Assembly (NCBI GenBank): GCA_053919585.1
Contig: CM132804.1
Reading direction: 5' to 3' (one strand)
DNA length: 64,000 bases
Origin: Euprymna scolopes
Taxonomy: Eukaryota
Shown: one piece after another, positions 25,350 through 38,928 of the stretch
How positions within the stretch are numbered: position 1 is the first letter of the stretch
Layout: each line of letters begins with the position of its first letter
The notes under the pieces: model-generated
The model's input: only the letters and a program-made list of their open reading frames with translations
Databases searched by the model: none
Told to the model about the DNA's origin: nothing
Made by a program: the position numbers and the translations under genes

Positions 25350-28300
25350 GGCAAGAGGCATTCGTGTAGTACCTGCGGCATAATGGTGTACATAACAAAC
25401 GTATGGCCTCAAAAATCAACAAAACAGCAGGTCCAACGGCGAACCCCAAAGATACGTTTGCGGTTCACTTGGACACTAAAATCAGGGCTCCTATAACCAC
25501 AAAATCGTCCCCGAGAGCATTCCCCAGAAAACAAGCATAAACAACATAGACTAATTTTAGAGCAGCAACAAAAAGAGGGGCTACAAAAAATTTCGGGAAA
25601 GGACCAGTGGTTGGGAATTACTTGAATTTAAAACTTTACAGAAACAACTAAGATCAAAGACTAGTACCCAGTCTCCATCAAAAAGCCCAGACCCACGTAC
25701 TCCCCAAAAATCATCACCAGAAAAAAAATCATCATAAAATCATCATAAAAATGTCATCAGCAAATATCATGACTCCCCCTTATCACAGGACCAATAAAAT
25801 GGCAACAACAATTTAAACTAATACTATTCAATCCATCACACAAGATACCAAAATTAACTCCCAAACCACAACGCCTCTTCCGCCGAAAACCTATTTCCAG
25901 CACCTCCTACAAAGTCCCAGCCACCATCCCCATTCCTTTACAGGACTCTAAAAACAAACTCCTCCCAATTCCCCAGTAAAAAACTAATTTTAACAACCTG
26001 CACTCCCCCTCAGCCAATGACTCAGACAAATATAGAATACACTACATCCTAACCGGCATCGTCTTTGCTACATCATTGCGAACGTTATAACCAGAGTAAA
26101 AAGCCATCCGCCGAGAGATCTCAGAAAAGTATTTGATTTTTCCACAGTAAAAGTCCTCTGTGCCCACGACACCCTTAATTTCTCGAACGCCAACAGAATA
26201 TTAATAGTCATCAGAACAAGAGATGGAACGAAAGAAATCTAGCGAATGCTGGAGAAAGCTAATTAAAACTTTTATTTTTCACCCTCTCTATTTATCATCA
26301 ACGACCTTACGTTATAAAGTTTTAAAAAATCTTCTTTTGAGAGGGTTCCTGTTCAAATTCATCCCTCATTATATAGGGCTGCTTAACTAACATTTCCTTT
26401 GGCGGTATGCCCCATGGCGGCCATATAAACACTGCCATGACTGAAAATTTACAGGGAACGTGTGATTGACATCCTTATCCCTGACATGATCGTCTCGGAT
26501 ACACAACGCAAAGTGATCATAATGCCACTCAAATTAGCAAGCTTGATTGTTTGAGGGTTGACGGTTACCTCACAAAAACTTCGAGTTGCACGCGACCATC
26601 AACACCTTGGTTGGGATATTTGTTGGCTACAGGAGACTCTCTTTATTCCATCAGATTATTACGGTGTGTTGGATAGGGACTTTCATCTTTACTTAGTATA
26701 TTCTGATATCTATTCAGAGGGAGTTTTCTGGCTAGTTAATCAAAATTTGAAAGCACCATGTGACCCATGATCCTGCTTTTTAGATGTGCGTTTTTGATGT
26801 CACCGTAAGACTTATTGGGGTTTCTCCACATAATAGCCACAATGAGAATCCCCTTTCTTTCGACGGATCGAATATTTCATAAATATATCTAGACGGTTTA
26901 TTTTAGCGGGAGACTGGAACGCGGTGCTGGATCCTGATTAAGATCGCGGGAGTAACGTTTGAAGGGTGACCAATTGAAATCGGGATGTTAACTAATTTCG
27001 GGATTGTATCGATATGTTCATAAGTTCCGGAATTTAAAACCCCGGAAAGAAAGCATATACTTTGACGAGTAGTCACGGCTTCGATTCGATGTAACTTTCG
27101 ATTTATATGGATCAGTTCTAACAAGAGTCGACATAGGTTTTTTAGATTGCCCAAATTTTCAGAATATTTTTTATTCGGACGAGAAACTCACCCAGGTTCA
27201 TTTATACTTAGATTGCGTTAAACCTATGATGGCTTTAGAGTGGAAGTTCAATACGTCATTGTTCGACTTGAAGTACTTCCGGGATGAGCTTTTACTAACC
27301 ATACAACGGAAACCATAATTTGGAATACGTGGTGGGTTGATTCGAAAAAAAAAATTAGGGTATTCGTTGCTGATTATAGTCACCGACTTAATCTTAGCTC
27401 TCGGGTAGTGAAAACGACACTAGAGACTAGATTAGATCTGGCAGTAGAAGACGGAGACTGCAGTAGTTTTACTAGAATAAGGGCATAACTGGACTTGATG
27501 GATTACAATGGCGATCAGGGAATTTTAGTTAGGGCTGGTTGAAGTGAGGGCGAAACGAGAAAACAAATATTGCCGCTTCGTTGCGCGCGGAGAAGCGTTG
27601 GCGGTGAACCAATCGACATATCGTCAGTGTCACATTGCTGGACGAACGCACCTTGACCACAAACGATGGGAATTCGATCCTATTTTCAGGGTCTCTTCAC
27701 TAGAACGTCCACTCTGACAATGGTTCAGTTCCCCATATATTAAGTCCAGTTTTCTCGCCTCAAAGCGATAGAACCGGCTAGGTACGAAAGTTGCAAAAAG
27801 GAAGAAGTCTTGGAGGCTCTGAAACATGTCCAGCTGGAGAGAAATCCTGGTGTCGATGGGCTGTATTACGAAGTATATATGAGATTGTCGCCTTTTTATA
27901 ATCCGCATGGTCGTAATATTTTACTCCTGGTTTAAGAACGGGTGCATTCTTCAGTGTTTTACCAAAGGAATCATTAAATTGCTACACAAGGATAAAAATG
28001 GAGGGGATAGTTTACGTAATGTTCGTCTCTAAACGAAGTCTAATACAGATTTAAAGATTTTAGCCAAGATCTGTGCAAACCGTCTGAAACATTTCTTGCA
28101 TCGCCTTATAAATCCTCAAAAGACTTGTGCAGTTTAGGGCCGGACGATTCATAACTAATTTCTACGTAATTCCCTTGAGTATAGAAATAGTCGACATTGA
28201 AAACTCGCTGATAAATTTAGATACGTCCAAAGCGTTCGATAGGGTCGATCATCGTTACCTGGAGGCTGTTCTGTTCTCATCTGAATTTGGGTCACAATAT

Positions 28301-29720
28301 CGCTTCTGGATTCGCATTCTTTATGCAATACCCGGTGCGCTGGTAGAAGTGAATGGTGTGAGGCCGAAGCCTTTCAATTTGTTCAGATCAATTAAGGGTT
28401 TTCCGCTCTCACCGATTCTTTATGTGCTTGCATTTCGGCCTTTCCTTTGCAGGATTAGAGTTAATCCGGTCTTCGAGGTATTACTCTGCCAGTTGCTTAC
28501 AGGACAAGTGATTACTCTGCTCCCGAGTACTCGCCGACGAGGTAATTGTGCTTGTAAAAAGCAGTGCTTAGACTAAAGTCGTCAACATGAAAGTAAGACT
28601 GTAAAACATGCAACAGGGATCAAAAGCAACTGCGATTACTCCTTGGTTTGCGCATTGCAGCTTGAGGGGAGTACCTCTTCAGGGTTCATTTGACTGGATG
28701 GATCGGCTTTGGAAGATATTCGGCGTCTGATGCGGTCCGCAAATCCAGTTATAGGAAATTGGTCGGAAGTACTGGAAGCTGTTCACGCCATCACACGTTT
28801 ATGGGCCCTGAGAAATCTAACTTTAAAGGGTCGAGCGGAGGTTTGCAATTCGCACATTTATCCTCGTATCCTCTACCGTCTAACAGTACTTTCACTCCCG
28901 GAAACATCACTATTTCAACTTTTTAGTGATATTCTACATTTTCTTGTTGCACAGAAAGAAAACAATGGTTAGCAGGGATATCTGTTAACTGCATCCGTCG
29001 GAAGACGGTCTGATCATGCTAAGCATTGATATCTAGAGGTATACGCTTCTCATAATTTACCTAAACGGAATGTATACACTATGTGACCAGAACAGTGATT
29101 TTTGGACAAAAGACACTAAAAAAATTTTCCAGTTTTGAAAAGTGTACACTCGCCAACAGTAGAGACACACACGTTACCCCAACTGAGTGTTCCTTTATCG
29201 CGAATGTCGAGAGTCCTTGAAGCTCCTCTGACGGGTGAAAGTAAGCCTCTCTGACACCTGCGTGTTTCTTGTAGGGCGCTATATATGTTATAGTGCAGGA
29301 ATATCTTCAAGATGATAGGACGTAGAGTCTCGGTTTTATGAGTGGGGGGGCGACTCTTAGTATGGCCTTTGACGCCTGTGATGACGTGCCTTGATAATTA
29401 TGAGGTTTCACGCACCTTGCACATAATAAGAGATGTTCGCAGCAAACATGGTGAAGACGGTAAGTTGTCTGCGATCGGAGGACGAGATCGAAGCTATCAA
29501 GTGCGCTATCGTACGTCCGTGTCGGCACAGGCCAAGAGAGAAGTGGAATCACGACATAAGCAAGTTTACGGAGATAAAAACGTCACTGCTCTCCAGCTTG
29601 TTTTTATTTTCAAGCACCGCTTGGAAATTTGTATTAGGCTGGAGAAGGTGGAACTCACTCAGGCAAATTTCAACGAATGTAGGATTCCAGTTAAGACCAA
29701 TTGCCGCTGCTAGCGAGAAA
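25350..29720 (+). mobile_element. Tx1/L1-clade non-LTR retrotransposon, long but heavily pseudogenised (5' boundary uncertain)
   Basis: Motifs in order: APE endonuclease (MPLKLASL ~26522, DICWLQET ~26615, ILAGDWNAVLDP ~26900), WKFNTSL (27241), PGVDGLYYEVY (~27845), RT (LINLDTSKAFDRVDH, FPLSPILYVL; 28127-28576) and LWALRNLTLKGRAEVCN (28800). Confidence 0.88.
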
Positions 29721-30087
29721 TCAATGGCCCCCGGCTGTTGCAATAATGCAAATTCATTTGCAAATGATATCAGAGGAGGTGGAGAGTACTGGGAAACTGG
29801 GAAGTTTTGTTGTCACCCAGATTACAGGAAACTCTACAGGTTGTTTTCTCGGAGATATCCTTTTATGACCTGTGTTAAAGCTCCTTGTGGGGCAATTAAA
29901 ATGATCATACTAATAAAGATAATTATCACTGTTTTTACTCCTGTTCACCCATTACAAAGCATATCGCCAGTTGCACGTAAGGGGTTACTATTTGGGGTCA
30001 TGTCTAGGAAACATTAACAATTTTTTTGTTACATTTAAATTTCTGAATGTACATTGTACAGCCAGGGAAGCAAGCAGGAGGAAGGGG

Positions 30088-30365
30088 ATTATAATAATAA
30101 TAATATTAATAATAATAATATTAATAATAATAATAATAATAACGATAATAATAATAATGATGATAATAAAGATAATAATTATAACGATACTATTAATGCT
30201 AATAATATTGATAATAAATGAAAAATTAATAATAATGATGAAAATAAAATTATTATTAATAATAATAATGATACTAATAATGATAATAAAATAATAATAA
30301 TGATTATAATAGTGACATTAATAAATAAAAAATAATAATATCAATGATGATAATAATAATAACAA

Positions 30366-30400
<35 letters not shown>

Positions 30401-30425
30401 ATAATAATAATAATGATAATAGTAA
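30088..30425. repeat. Degenerate (ATA)n/(CTA)n microsatellite
   Basis: Directly visible. Confidence 0.95.
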
Positions 30426-30518
30426 TTTACATGTTAGTTGTTTTTATACGTTTATCAGAAATTATCGGTGGGCATTTGACGTGGAAACTTTACTGACATA
30501 CACAGAGTAACACACATA

Positions 30519-31075
30519 CATGATGATTGCAACGTCTTGTCAGACGAGTACCACTCCCTCGGACATTTAAAATCAATGAGCCCAAATGTCTGAGGGAGTA
30601 TCTATACAAAGATGATGTTAAAGAGTCTTAGCTTTGTACGAAAGCTAAGTCTCTCTCTCGGTTCAAAATGTTGAGATCCAGCAACAAGCCAGAGCAAGAT
30701 AGCCAGCAACAAATTAAACTGCAGACCAGCTTAATGCGGGTACTGGTCTCCCGCTTTATGTTTTTTTTTTAAATCAGAGATTTGCTTCTCCTAGAAAGGT
30801 TGCCTTCACCACGGCTTACGGGAGCCCTCTCCACCCCAATACATATATACACACACACAAATATACACGGTGCTAGTTGGCCGTTGATATAGAAAAAGAG
30901 TTCATTCGCCCTTTGGAAGGTCTTGTTTTTAATCCTCCAGGGAGACTAGCCGCCCTCCTCACAAAACAAGTCTGGTGGGGGAACCAGTTTAGTCGCCGGT
31001 GACCCGACCATGAGGCAGGTAGTACTGGGTTACATGGTACCAGTAGCATATGACATGACCTGACACAAAATACAT
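30519..31075. mobile_element. ~555-bp non-coding dispersed element, copy 1 (inverted relative to 34870-35428)
   Basis: High-identity reverse complement of 34870-35428. Bordered by (CATA)n at one end and short (ATG)n at the other. Confidence 0.85.
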
Positions 31076-32814
31076 ACATACATACATACATACATACACA
31101 CATACACACACATATATATATATATATATATAGATAGATAGAGAGATAGATAGATAGATCTATACTCAAGCATAAACATTTCTTTTGTACGTGTCTTTAT
31201 ATAATATTCTTTTATTAGCAAATATAAAGAAGTGGAATCGAAGTTATAAAAATAGTCTTTTATAAAACGGGTTGAACTTATGACTGCCGACATGCCGAGT
31301 GGGAATTAGGTAAAATAAAACAAGACGCCTTTGGCTTTGACAACCTGTTACCTCCCGCTTTTTAACAATCTGATTGGTGCATTCACCACAATGATGTAAT
31401 AGCAGTCCTGATTTAATTAAACCGTTTATTCTTTTAATCAAGTGAACACTATCGATGTAGTCAGTAAACTACTTGACTGAATTGTTTCTGCATGTTTTGC
31501 TGGAGACAGCATGTCGATAATAAATTTTGTTTCTCATTTTACCAGCCGGAAAGCATGTTAGGAAACAAGCTAAAAACGAAGAACAAGCTGAGATTTAGAG
31601 ATGTGATGAAAAAGGTGCGATGTTTACGGAGTAAAATAATCGCCTCAATATTCGACACGTTCGATTTGAACAATCAATATAGTTAAAACACAATCAGAAA
31701 AACCACCACTACAAGGGGACGCTGTATATTTGTATTATCTTTACTGCAGGTCACCATTGATTCCCAACTTTTCCTTAAAACAGTGATTCTTTCCGGTTTT
31801 ATTGGAAATCTGCATTTTGCAATTCATTGTATTTTTCAATTTCCCTATAACTTTTATAATTATTTTCCATGGGAGACCCCGATGCTAGTGCCATCTCGTA
31901 ATGCTTCTATAAAGATNNNNNNNNNNNNNNNNNNNNNNNNNNNNNNNNNNNNNNNNNNNNNNNNNNNNNNNNNNNNNNNNNNNNNNNNNNNNNNNNNNNN
32001 NNNNNNNNNNNNNNNNNNNNNNNNNNNNNNNNNNNNNNNNNNNNNNNNNNNNNNNNNNNNNNNNNNNNNNNNNNNNNNNNNNNNNNNNNNNNNNNNNNNN
32101 NNNNNNNNNNNNNNNNNNNNTATAAGTTGTGGAATTGCATTTATCTGTGAAATATCTAGCTAATTTGCATATTATTTTAAACATTTATTTTAATTAAATC
32201 CCTTATACTTTTCATTTAGGTTTTTTCATGGGCTGATCATTTTTAGTTAAGTATTACGTGTAATCATATTCATGCAGATATTCTACATGCTTTATATTAG
32301 CGTAATATTTGCGTAAAATGTTATAGTAAACACAATCTTCTGTTTATATATATTTATTTATGCGCATGCATATATTGTTTAAAAATGTGCCTAGCAAACT
32401 CTTCTGTCAGTTTTTTGGCTTACAGATATGAAACTTCATATACAGGGTAATCAAATGCATTTAACACTTTATTTGCGTTTTAGCCGGGGAATCGCTGCAA
32501 AAAAGTAAACATTAAAGAAATGAATATGACAGGTTAAGGTTGAACGACGCCATTACGTATATGCATGTGTAGTGTATTAGCTATTGGTTCATGTTTTTGT
32601 TTTTTATGTTTTCATAGTTCAGGCATTAACGTCAATGGAGAAAGTAAATCGAAAGCTAAATGGTTTGGTTTCGGATCTCGGTTGTCGCGTACGTGTCATT
32701 TTTTAAAACTTGTTAAATGATTTCCATATATTGGGTCCAGTATGATATAATAATCAAAATGAAATCTGCATTAAGGAAAACATGATATTTAAGCATATTT
32801 TACGACCGGCCAAT

Positions 32815-33847
32815 GGCGGGCGGCATGTAAAATGGTCAACCTCTTTCGACCCATCTGTTAGGAAATTCCTGATTTAGAAACTGTCTAACACGCTTAGCAA
32901 GGAGCTCCATCTTGTTGAAACACTGTATCATCTTTCAAGTTTAATTGTTCAAGTTGCGGAATAAAGTAATTCTGCAACATATCTAAGTAGCTGCCATTGA
33001 TAATAACACGATCTTCAAAAAAATATGGCCCTATGATTCGATTTATTCCCAAAGCACACCACACATTAACTTTAAGAGAGTCCCTATCATGTTCAACAGG
33101 TTCATTTGGGGTTTCAGTTCCCCAAACTCGGCAATTATGCCTGTTGACCTTGCCACTAATGTGAAATGTTGCTTCATCAGACAACAGTAAATTACTCACA
33201 AATGCATCATCATTGCACAGTTTTTCATTGAACTGGTGACAGAAAGTTAGCCGTGCATAATAATCCTCTTCTAACAACTGTTGATGTAATTGAATTTTGT
33301 AAGCTTTCATGTGAAGTTTTGCCCGCAGAATCTTATGCACAGTAGACTTTGGCAGCCCGAGCTCCAATAATGCCCGTCTTACAGACTTTCTTGGACTTGC
33401 AGTAAAGGATTCTCCTATGGAAGCAACACTTTCGTCACTGACACATGCCCTTCCAGAACGTTGTTTATCATAGACAGAGACCGTCTCTTTAAATTTTTTC
33501 ATGCATTTAACAATAGTGTTCCTATGAGGCGCTTTTTTATTGTATTCAATTCTAAACTGCCTTTGTACAGCAATAGTAGATTTCAATTCAGCCAACCAAA
33601 AGGACACAGTTTACTTTTTCCTCAATTGAAGCCATGGGATCAAATTGATTCTGAAAAACAAAAGAAAATATGTTTTACTGATTTTTTACTTATCGGAAAA
33701 TTGTTACGAGTTTTGTGGTGAAAAAGTATTCAATAACAAGACTTACAACTAGATACATGAAACTGTATAACATTTTTTTACAGATTATTTCTTTCGCAAA
33801 TATAAATAAAATTTAATTTTTTAAAAGTGCAGACGAACTTTATGGAC

Positions 33848-33853
<6 letters not shown>
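32815..33853 (-). pseudogene. Tc1/mariner-superfamily (rosa/DD41D-like) transposase pseudogene with one TIR, 3'-truncated
   Basis: ORF 32894-33607 has an HTH region, SDEATFH, VNVWC, IIGPYFF and FQQDGAP. A stop follows GAPC and the ATG at 33635 is frameshifted. The TIR-like end tagggtgtccataaagtt abuts (TA)n. Confidence 0.9.
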
Positions 33854-33917
<64 letters not shown>

Positions 33918-34817
33918 CATACAGTAGCGTCTAAAAATAAGGGAGAGTATTAAAAACCTATTATTCGTTAGAAATAACAACTGTGAAAGTCTGAAATTTT
34001 GACAACTGGTAGTCATTATAATCCATAATAAGATACTAAAATTTGAATCATTTGCAAAGGATGGAAAAAGAATTATAACAATTATTTATTTTCAAAATAG
34101 GAACGTCCAAAGATAAAGGAGAAAATTGAGATCATTTTGAATTCGAACGTCATAAAACGACGTTATTCCTGCACCGACCTACTAGGCACTTTGTTTTCCT
34201 TTATAATTGGAGTAAAATAAGCATCCTTTACGTCTAATTATTATCTGAATTTTTCATGTAGAGATCAACATGATGTATTCCCTATTTAGTCTTAGCATTC
34301 GAAACGATGCACGTGCTACGAATTGAGTGTCATTATCAGAGTGTTTAAAACTCGAATTTTGCAAATTAAGTTGTCTCTGATTCATGTATGACCATTATCT
34401 TTTCTACTCCGATATGAAAGAAACTTTTCTCCTTGTGTCTGTCTGAGTTCGGTCTCTACGGATTCCTAAAAAGATTGACTATTTTTTATTTAACTTAAAC
34501 ACAAATATACATTATGTGTCTGGCCGTGTTCTAAGATCACATTCATTTCGGAATGTCTGCGATATATAACGATAACCGAAAATCGAACACATTAATAAGA
34601 GTGAAAGTTAACGCCTTATACAGCCAACTACAACAAGCACATTTGAAAAGTTTTATTAACACACAAGCGGAAAGACCCGGCATATAGAATCAAACATGCT
34701 TTGATATGAAAGGGGTACTACGAAACGAATATTTCTCTTTAGAGCATAGCAGAACCATGTTACTTTATATTAGCATTTTAAATTTAATTTAAGATTCAAA
34801 ACATTATACATAGCACC

Positions 34818-36079
34818 AATTTATAATATAAACCTCACCTGTCTGTTTAAATGCATGTATGTATGTATGTATGTATGTTATATGTCAGGTTATATCATAT
34901 GCTACTGGTACCATGTAACCCAGTACTACCTGCCTCATGGTCGGGTCACCGGCGACTAAACTGGTTCCCCCACCAGACTTGTTTTGTGAGGAGGGCTGAT
35001 AGTCTCCCTGAAGGATTAAAAACAAGTCCTTCCAAAGGGCGAATGGACTCTTTTTCTGGGTCAACGGCCAACTAGCACCGTGTATATTTGTGTGTGTTTA
35101 TATGTGTATTGGGGTAGAGAGGGCTTCCGTAAGCTGTGGTGAAGGCAACCTTTCTAGGAGAAGCGAATCTCTGATTTAAAAAAAACATAAATCGGAAGAC
35201 CAGTACCCGCATTAAGCTGGTCTGCAGTTTAATTTGTTGCTGGCTATCTTGCTCTTGCTTGTTGCTGGATCTCAACATTTTGAACCGAGAGAGAGACTTA
35301 GCTGTCGTACAAAGCTAAGACTCTTTAACATCATATTTGTATAGATACTCCCTCAGACATTTCGGCTCATGGATTTTAAATGTCTGAGGGAGTGGTACTC
35401 GTCTGACAAGACGTTGCAATCATCATCATGTCTGTTTGCCTAAAACTTTGGACAGACGCGTTGAAACGTGAGAAAACCGGATTCATGTTAAACCAAGAAC
35501 TTTCAGTCGACAAATATTGAAAAATTAGCCAAACACATTAATCCCTTCACCCTCACTAGGGGCAGTTTTCTACAAGGAGGGGTTTCGCAGATATTTTCGA
35601 AAGTCATCCACTCTTTTCGATGTTCTAGCCTTAATTATGACGTTAGTCCCTCCTGGTATTTCGATGGAAGCAACAGCAATGACATCACGTTGTTTTTTAC
35701 GTTCTTTTCCTCCTTCTCGGTACCGATTTGAGCCTGCCTACATTGCTTCTACCGTTTTTTTTTTCCTTTTGCTCAACACACACCTCCAAACAGCCAGGAA
35801 GTGCCGGGAACCTAGACTAGTTTTAAAATAAAAGAAACAGTAGGGTATCTACAGTACAATGTAAATGACAATGTATTGTGTACGAAGTCACTGCGGGGAG
35901 TATGTGAACCCCCCTCCCCACCTAGTGAACCTCGCTGAGTCCCTAACTATAGCAGAGAGTTTATCGATTTGATTGAAAAAATGAGTGATTTCACCGATAC
36001 CGATGACAATAAAAATATGAGTGTTAAACATTTGTTGATCATCTTTCAATAACGGGCAACGTCGGGTCTCCCTGCTAGT
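34818..36079 (+). mobile_element. Helitron-like non-autonomous element interrupted by the 555-bp element
   Basis: Starts ttataatataaacctcacctgtctg, homologous to 41681 onward, and homology resumes after 35428. Ends cgggcaacgtcggg...CTAGT. Confidence 0.55.
34870..35428. mobile_element. ~555-bp non-coding dispersed element, copy 2
   Basis: Inverted copy of 30519-31075, inserted in the (TATG)n tract of a Helitron-like element. Confidence 0.85.
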
Positions 36080-38059
36080 CTTCTTTAATTTTAAAATGAA
36101 AGATCGTCATAAGTTGTCTGCTGTTGCTCAATCGATTGCAATCAACAATCGATATGTCTACCAGACGATGGATTATTATTCGACAACTCGGTTCGATTGA
36201 ATAATTAAATTCCATTATTATTTAAGGAGGCTACTAAAGATAAACATTACTCGATCAATAGCAGCCGTAATCATATTAATAAAGCAATGCTGACAAAATT
36301 AATTATATATTTAACATAGAGCGTGTCATCGATTGTGAATGCGGTACAGATTTATGGAATATATTAAAGTCGTTGTAATTTAATAGAGAATTGCATTAAT
36401 TGTGCCTTTCAGCTGACGGCATAGTGTACGTAATACTGCACGTTTTAATATGTGGTATCGCGGTAATTTCACTGATAGCATACTAATTAGTATCTCCTCA
36501 TTTGGGGTATTAAGTTCATCATTTTTCAAAGAGAAAAATCTGCGGACAAAATACAGTATGGCAAATCACATCATAATTTTATGCAGAAGAGTGATTAAGC
36601 ATAAATAACTGAAAAAAATGTTTTGGCTCTGAAAAATAATCCACATAGAGCCCGTCAAATTACATGTTCGAACATACAGAAAACAAAAAACAACTTGTAA
36701 AGCATCAACCAGCGTTTTATCCTCCGCTTAGTGCAGATTACCAACCGACGTGGTTTATTTTTTGTCATTCCTACAGATCACTGGCAAGTTAGTTGAGCGA
36801 CGTCTAATCAACAACATTTTCTCTCCACTTTCTCTTAACATTCCTCTGCCCCTTTGTATTCTAATATACCGCCAAAGAATAACTCTGACATAGTAATTGG
36901 GTGACCGTTTGACATGCCAGAATATTTAAATGTTTAAGTTTGGATTTTATCAAATAGAGGAGGTAAAGAAGTAGTTTGACCGTGGGTGGATATTTTGTTT
37001 TGCTTTTTCCCTTAATAAAACGCGCTACGTGATTTTAAAACAACTTAATGCGATTAGCTAATTGTTTAGTTCACATGATACAACCAGAGCCATAAAATAC
37101 TACTGGGAGGATATAAATTAAATAAACTTTTACTTTAACAGGTATAGGTGTTTTTTGAGGGCCGCCCAACCCAACACGATTCTGTGTTTCACTATCGTCT
37201 TTTGATTACGAAAGACAATCAGTTCATGCCCTAAATAAATGAATGGTTAACCGTTTGATGGGTTCAGTGTGAATAGGCATTTTTTTAAAGCACGAAAAAA
37301 GAAAATAGACTACTTCAATGGTCAATCATAGGAAATAAAATAGGAAAATCATAATTAAAAATTAATGTAAATAACAATTCGTTTCTTAACTCTACAGCCC
37401 GAGCCTGATCGAATCTCACAATGTCCCTGCAAACGAATCAGTAATAAATACAAACGTCGGAGAAGAAAATAAAAAAAAATAAAGCTGCGTTTTGGAAAAT
37501 AAAATCAGAACAAAAAAAAAAAACACTGTAACGTGGATATTTTTTTTAATATATAGATTTGTTTCATTGTTTTCGGTGAAAAAAAAAGCACCGTAGCTAT
37601 TGCTGCAATATTAAGAATATTTTCCTTAAATCTCTTTACATGACTTGTAAAAATAAAATATAATCAAGACTAAATATCATTGTAATCGATTCTATTTTAC
37701 GTCTCTTTGTAAACATTGAGGGCGTCATGTGATGAAACATATTGTTTATTTTACGTTCAATAGTGCAGATATTCTGATCAATTACATGAGAGGAAATCAC
37801 GCTTTGATATTCTAAAATACTACCAGGGACATTTGATTTTTCCCGGAATTGAATGCTGATCAACGCATGTTGAACACACCAATAATTTTATTGTAATCGA
37901 ATCGAATCAGATATATTGATTGCCTATTCTAGTTACAGAGAGGAAGCTTCAAATGCCTCGCCTCACAGACTTAGGCAACACTACATTATACTCTAGTAAA
38001 CATTGCACTGTAGTAAACATACTATTAGTTTTATAAAATTATATTTTTATATATAACAA

Positions 38060-38462
38060 GCCCGGATGGTTGAGGGGTGTTGAGCAAAACAAAAAAAAAT
38101 AGTAATAGACAGGCAGGCTCGAACTCGTACCGTAAAGGAAGAAAAGAACGGTAAAAAAAACGTGACGTCATTGCTGTTGCGCCCATCTCCAAACCAGAAG
38201 TGACAAATGTTTAAATAAAGGCGAGTCAATAGAGGAGAGGGGATTACTTTCGAAAATACCGGCGATAAAAGCGACCCTCCTTTTAGAAAATTGCCCCGTT
38301 AAGAGTTAAGGTATTATGGTTTTAGCCAATGCCTCGATGTTGGTCGTCCGAAGCGTCGAGCTTCAAAACGATACCGATCTCCTCATAATCCGTCGTCTCT
38401 GTCGAAAGTTTTCGGCAGACATACAAATAGACATACATATATTTAAAATAACAGGTGAGGTT
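38060..38462 (-). mobile_element. Helitron-like element, minus-strand relative of 41681-42095
   Basis: gtcgaaagttttcggcagacatac...aacaggtgagg is the reverse-complement homologue of 41695-41760. Confidence 0.45.
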
Positions 38463-38463
38463 C

Positions 38464-38540
38464 ATACAGGGTGTCCACAAAGTCTGGCTACATTATGTAG
38501 CCAGACTTTGTAGGAACATTCTGTAGATTATGTAGCCAGA
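38464..38540. mobile_element. Tc1/mariner TIR-derived MITE-like fragment
   Basis: TA-cagggtgtccacaaagtctggctaca with an internal palindrome. A related end lies at 38984-39040, and both resemble the TIR at ~33835-33853. Confidence 0.5.
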
Positions 38541-38674
38541 NNNNNNNNNNNNNNNNNNNNNNNNNNNNNNNNNNNNNNNNNNNNNNNNNNNNNNNNNNNN
38601 NNNNNNNNNNNNNNNNNNNNNNNNNNNNNNNNNNNNNNNNNNNNNNNNNNNNNNNNNNNNNNNNNNNNNNCGAT

Positions 38675-38728
38675 TAAGCTACACTGAATATTCTGTGTTT
38701 CATCCAACTATAGGATTCGTCAGGCTTA
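38675..38728 (-). ncRNA. Type I hammerhead ribozyme (left arm of palindrome)
   Basis: TAAGC-CTGACGA-ATCC(TATAGTT)GGAT-GAAAC-ACAGAATATTCAGT-GTA-GCTTA. Confidence 0.82.
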
Positions 38729-38744
38729 TGCGCGAATTCGCACA

Positions 38745-38798
38745 TAAGCCTGACGAATCCTATAGTTGGATGAAACGCAGAATATTCAGTGTAGCTTA
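38745..38798 (+). ncRNA. Type I hammerhead ribozyme (right arm of palindrome)
   Basis: TAAGC-CTGACGA-ATCC(TATAGTT)GGAT-GAAAC-GCAGAATATTCAGT-GTA-GCTTA. Full core, GUA triplet (cut predicted after 38793) and a near-palindromic stem III. Confidence 0.85.
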
Positions 38799-38928
38799 AT
38801 CGCCATATATATTTTATAAATTACTAACTAGCCCTACCTACGTATTGAGCACTTTTGAAGTAAATACTTAAAGTTTACGCATAAATCAATACTTTCGTAT
38901 ATCAAATTTGTGTGAATAAATGAAGTAG

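Noticed and set aside
32894-33607. Active transposase gene
   Set aside because: The start is frameshifted, a stop follows QDGAPC, and the third catalytic Asp region and second TIR are missing.
30519-35428. One 4.9-kb composite transposon with 555-bp TIRs carrying the mariner transposase
   Set aside because: The right copy interrupts a separate Helitron-like element, the mariner has its own TIR, and I see no shared TSD. Independent insertions are simpler.
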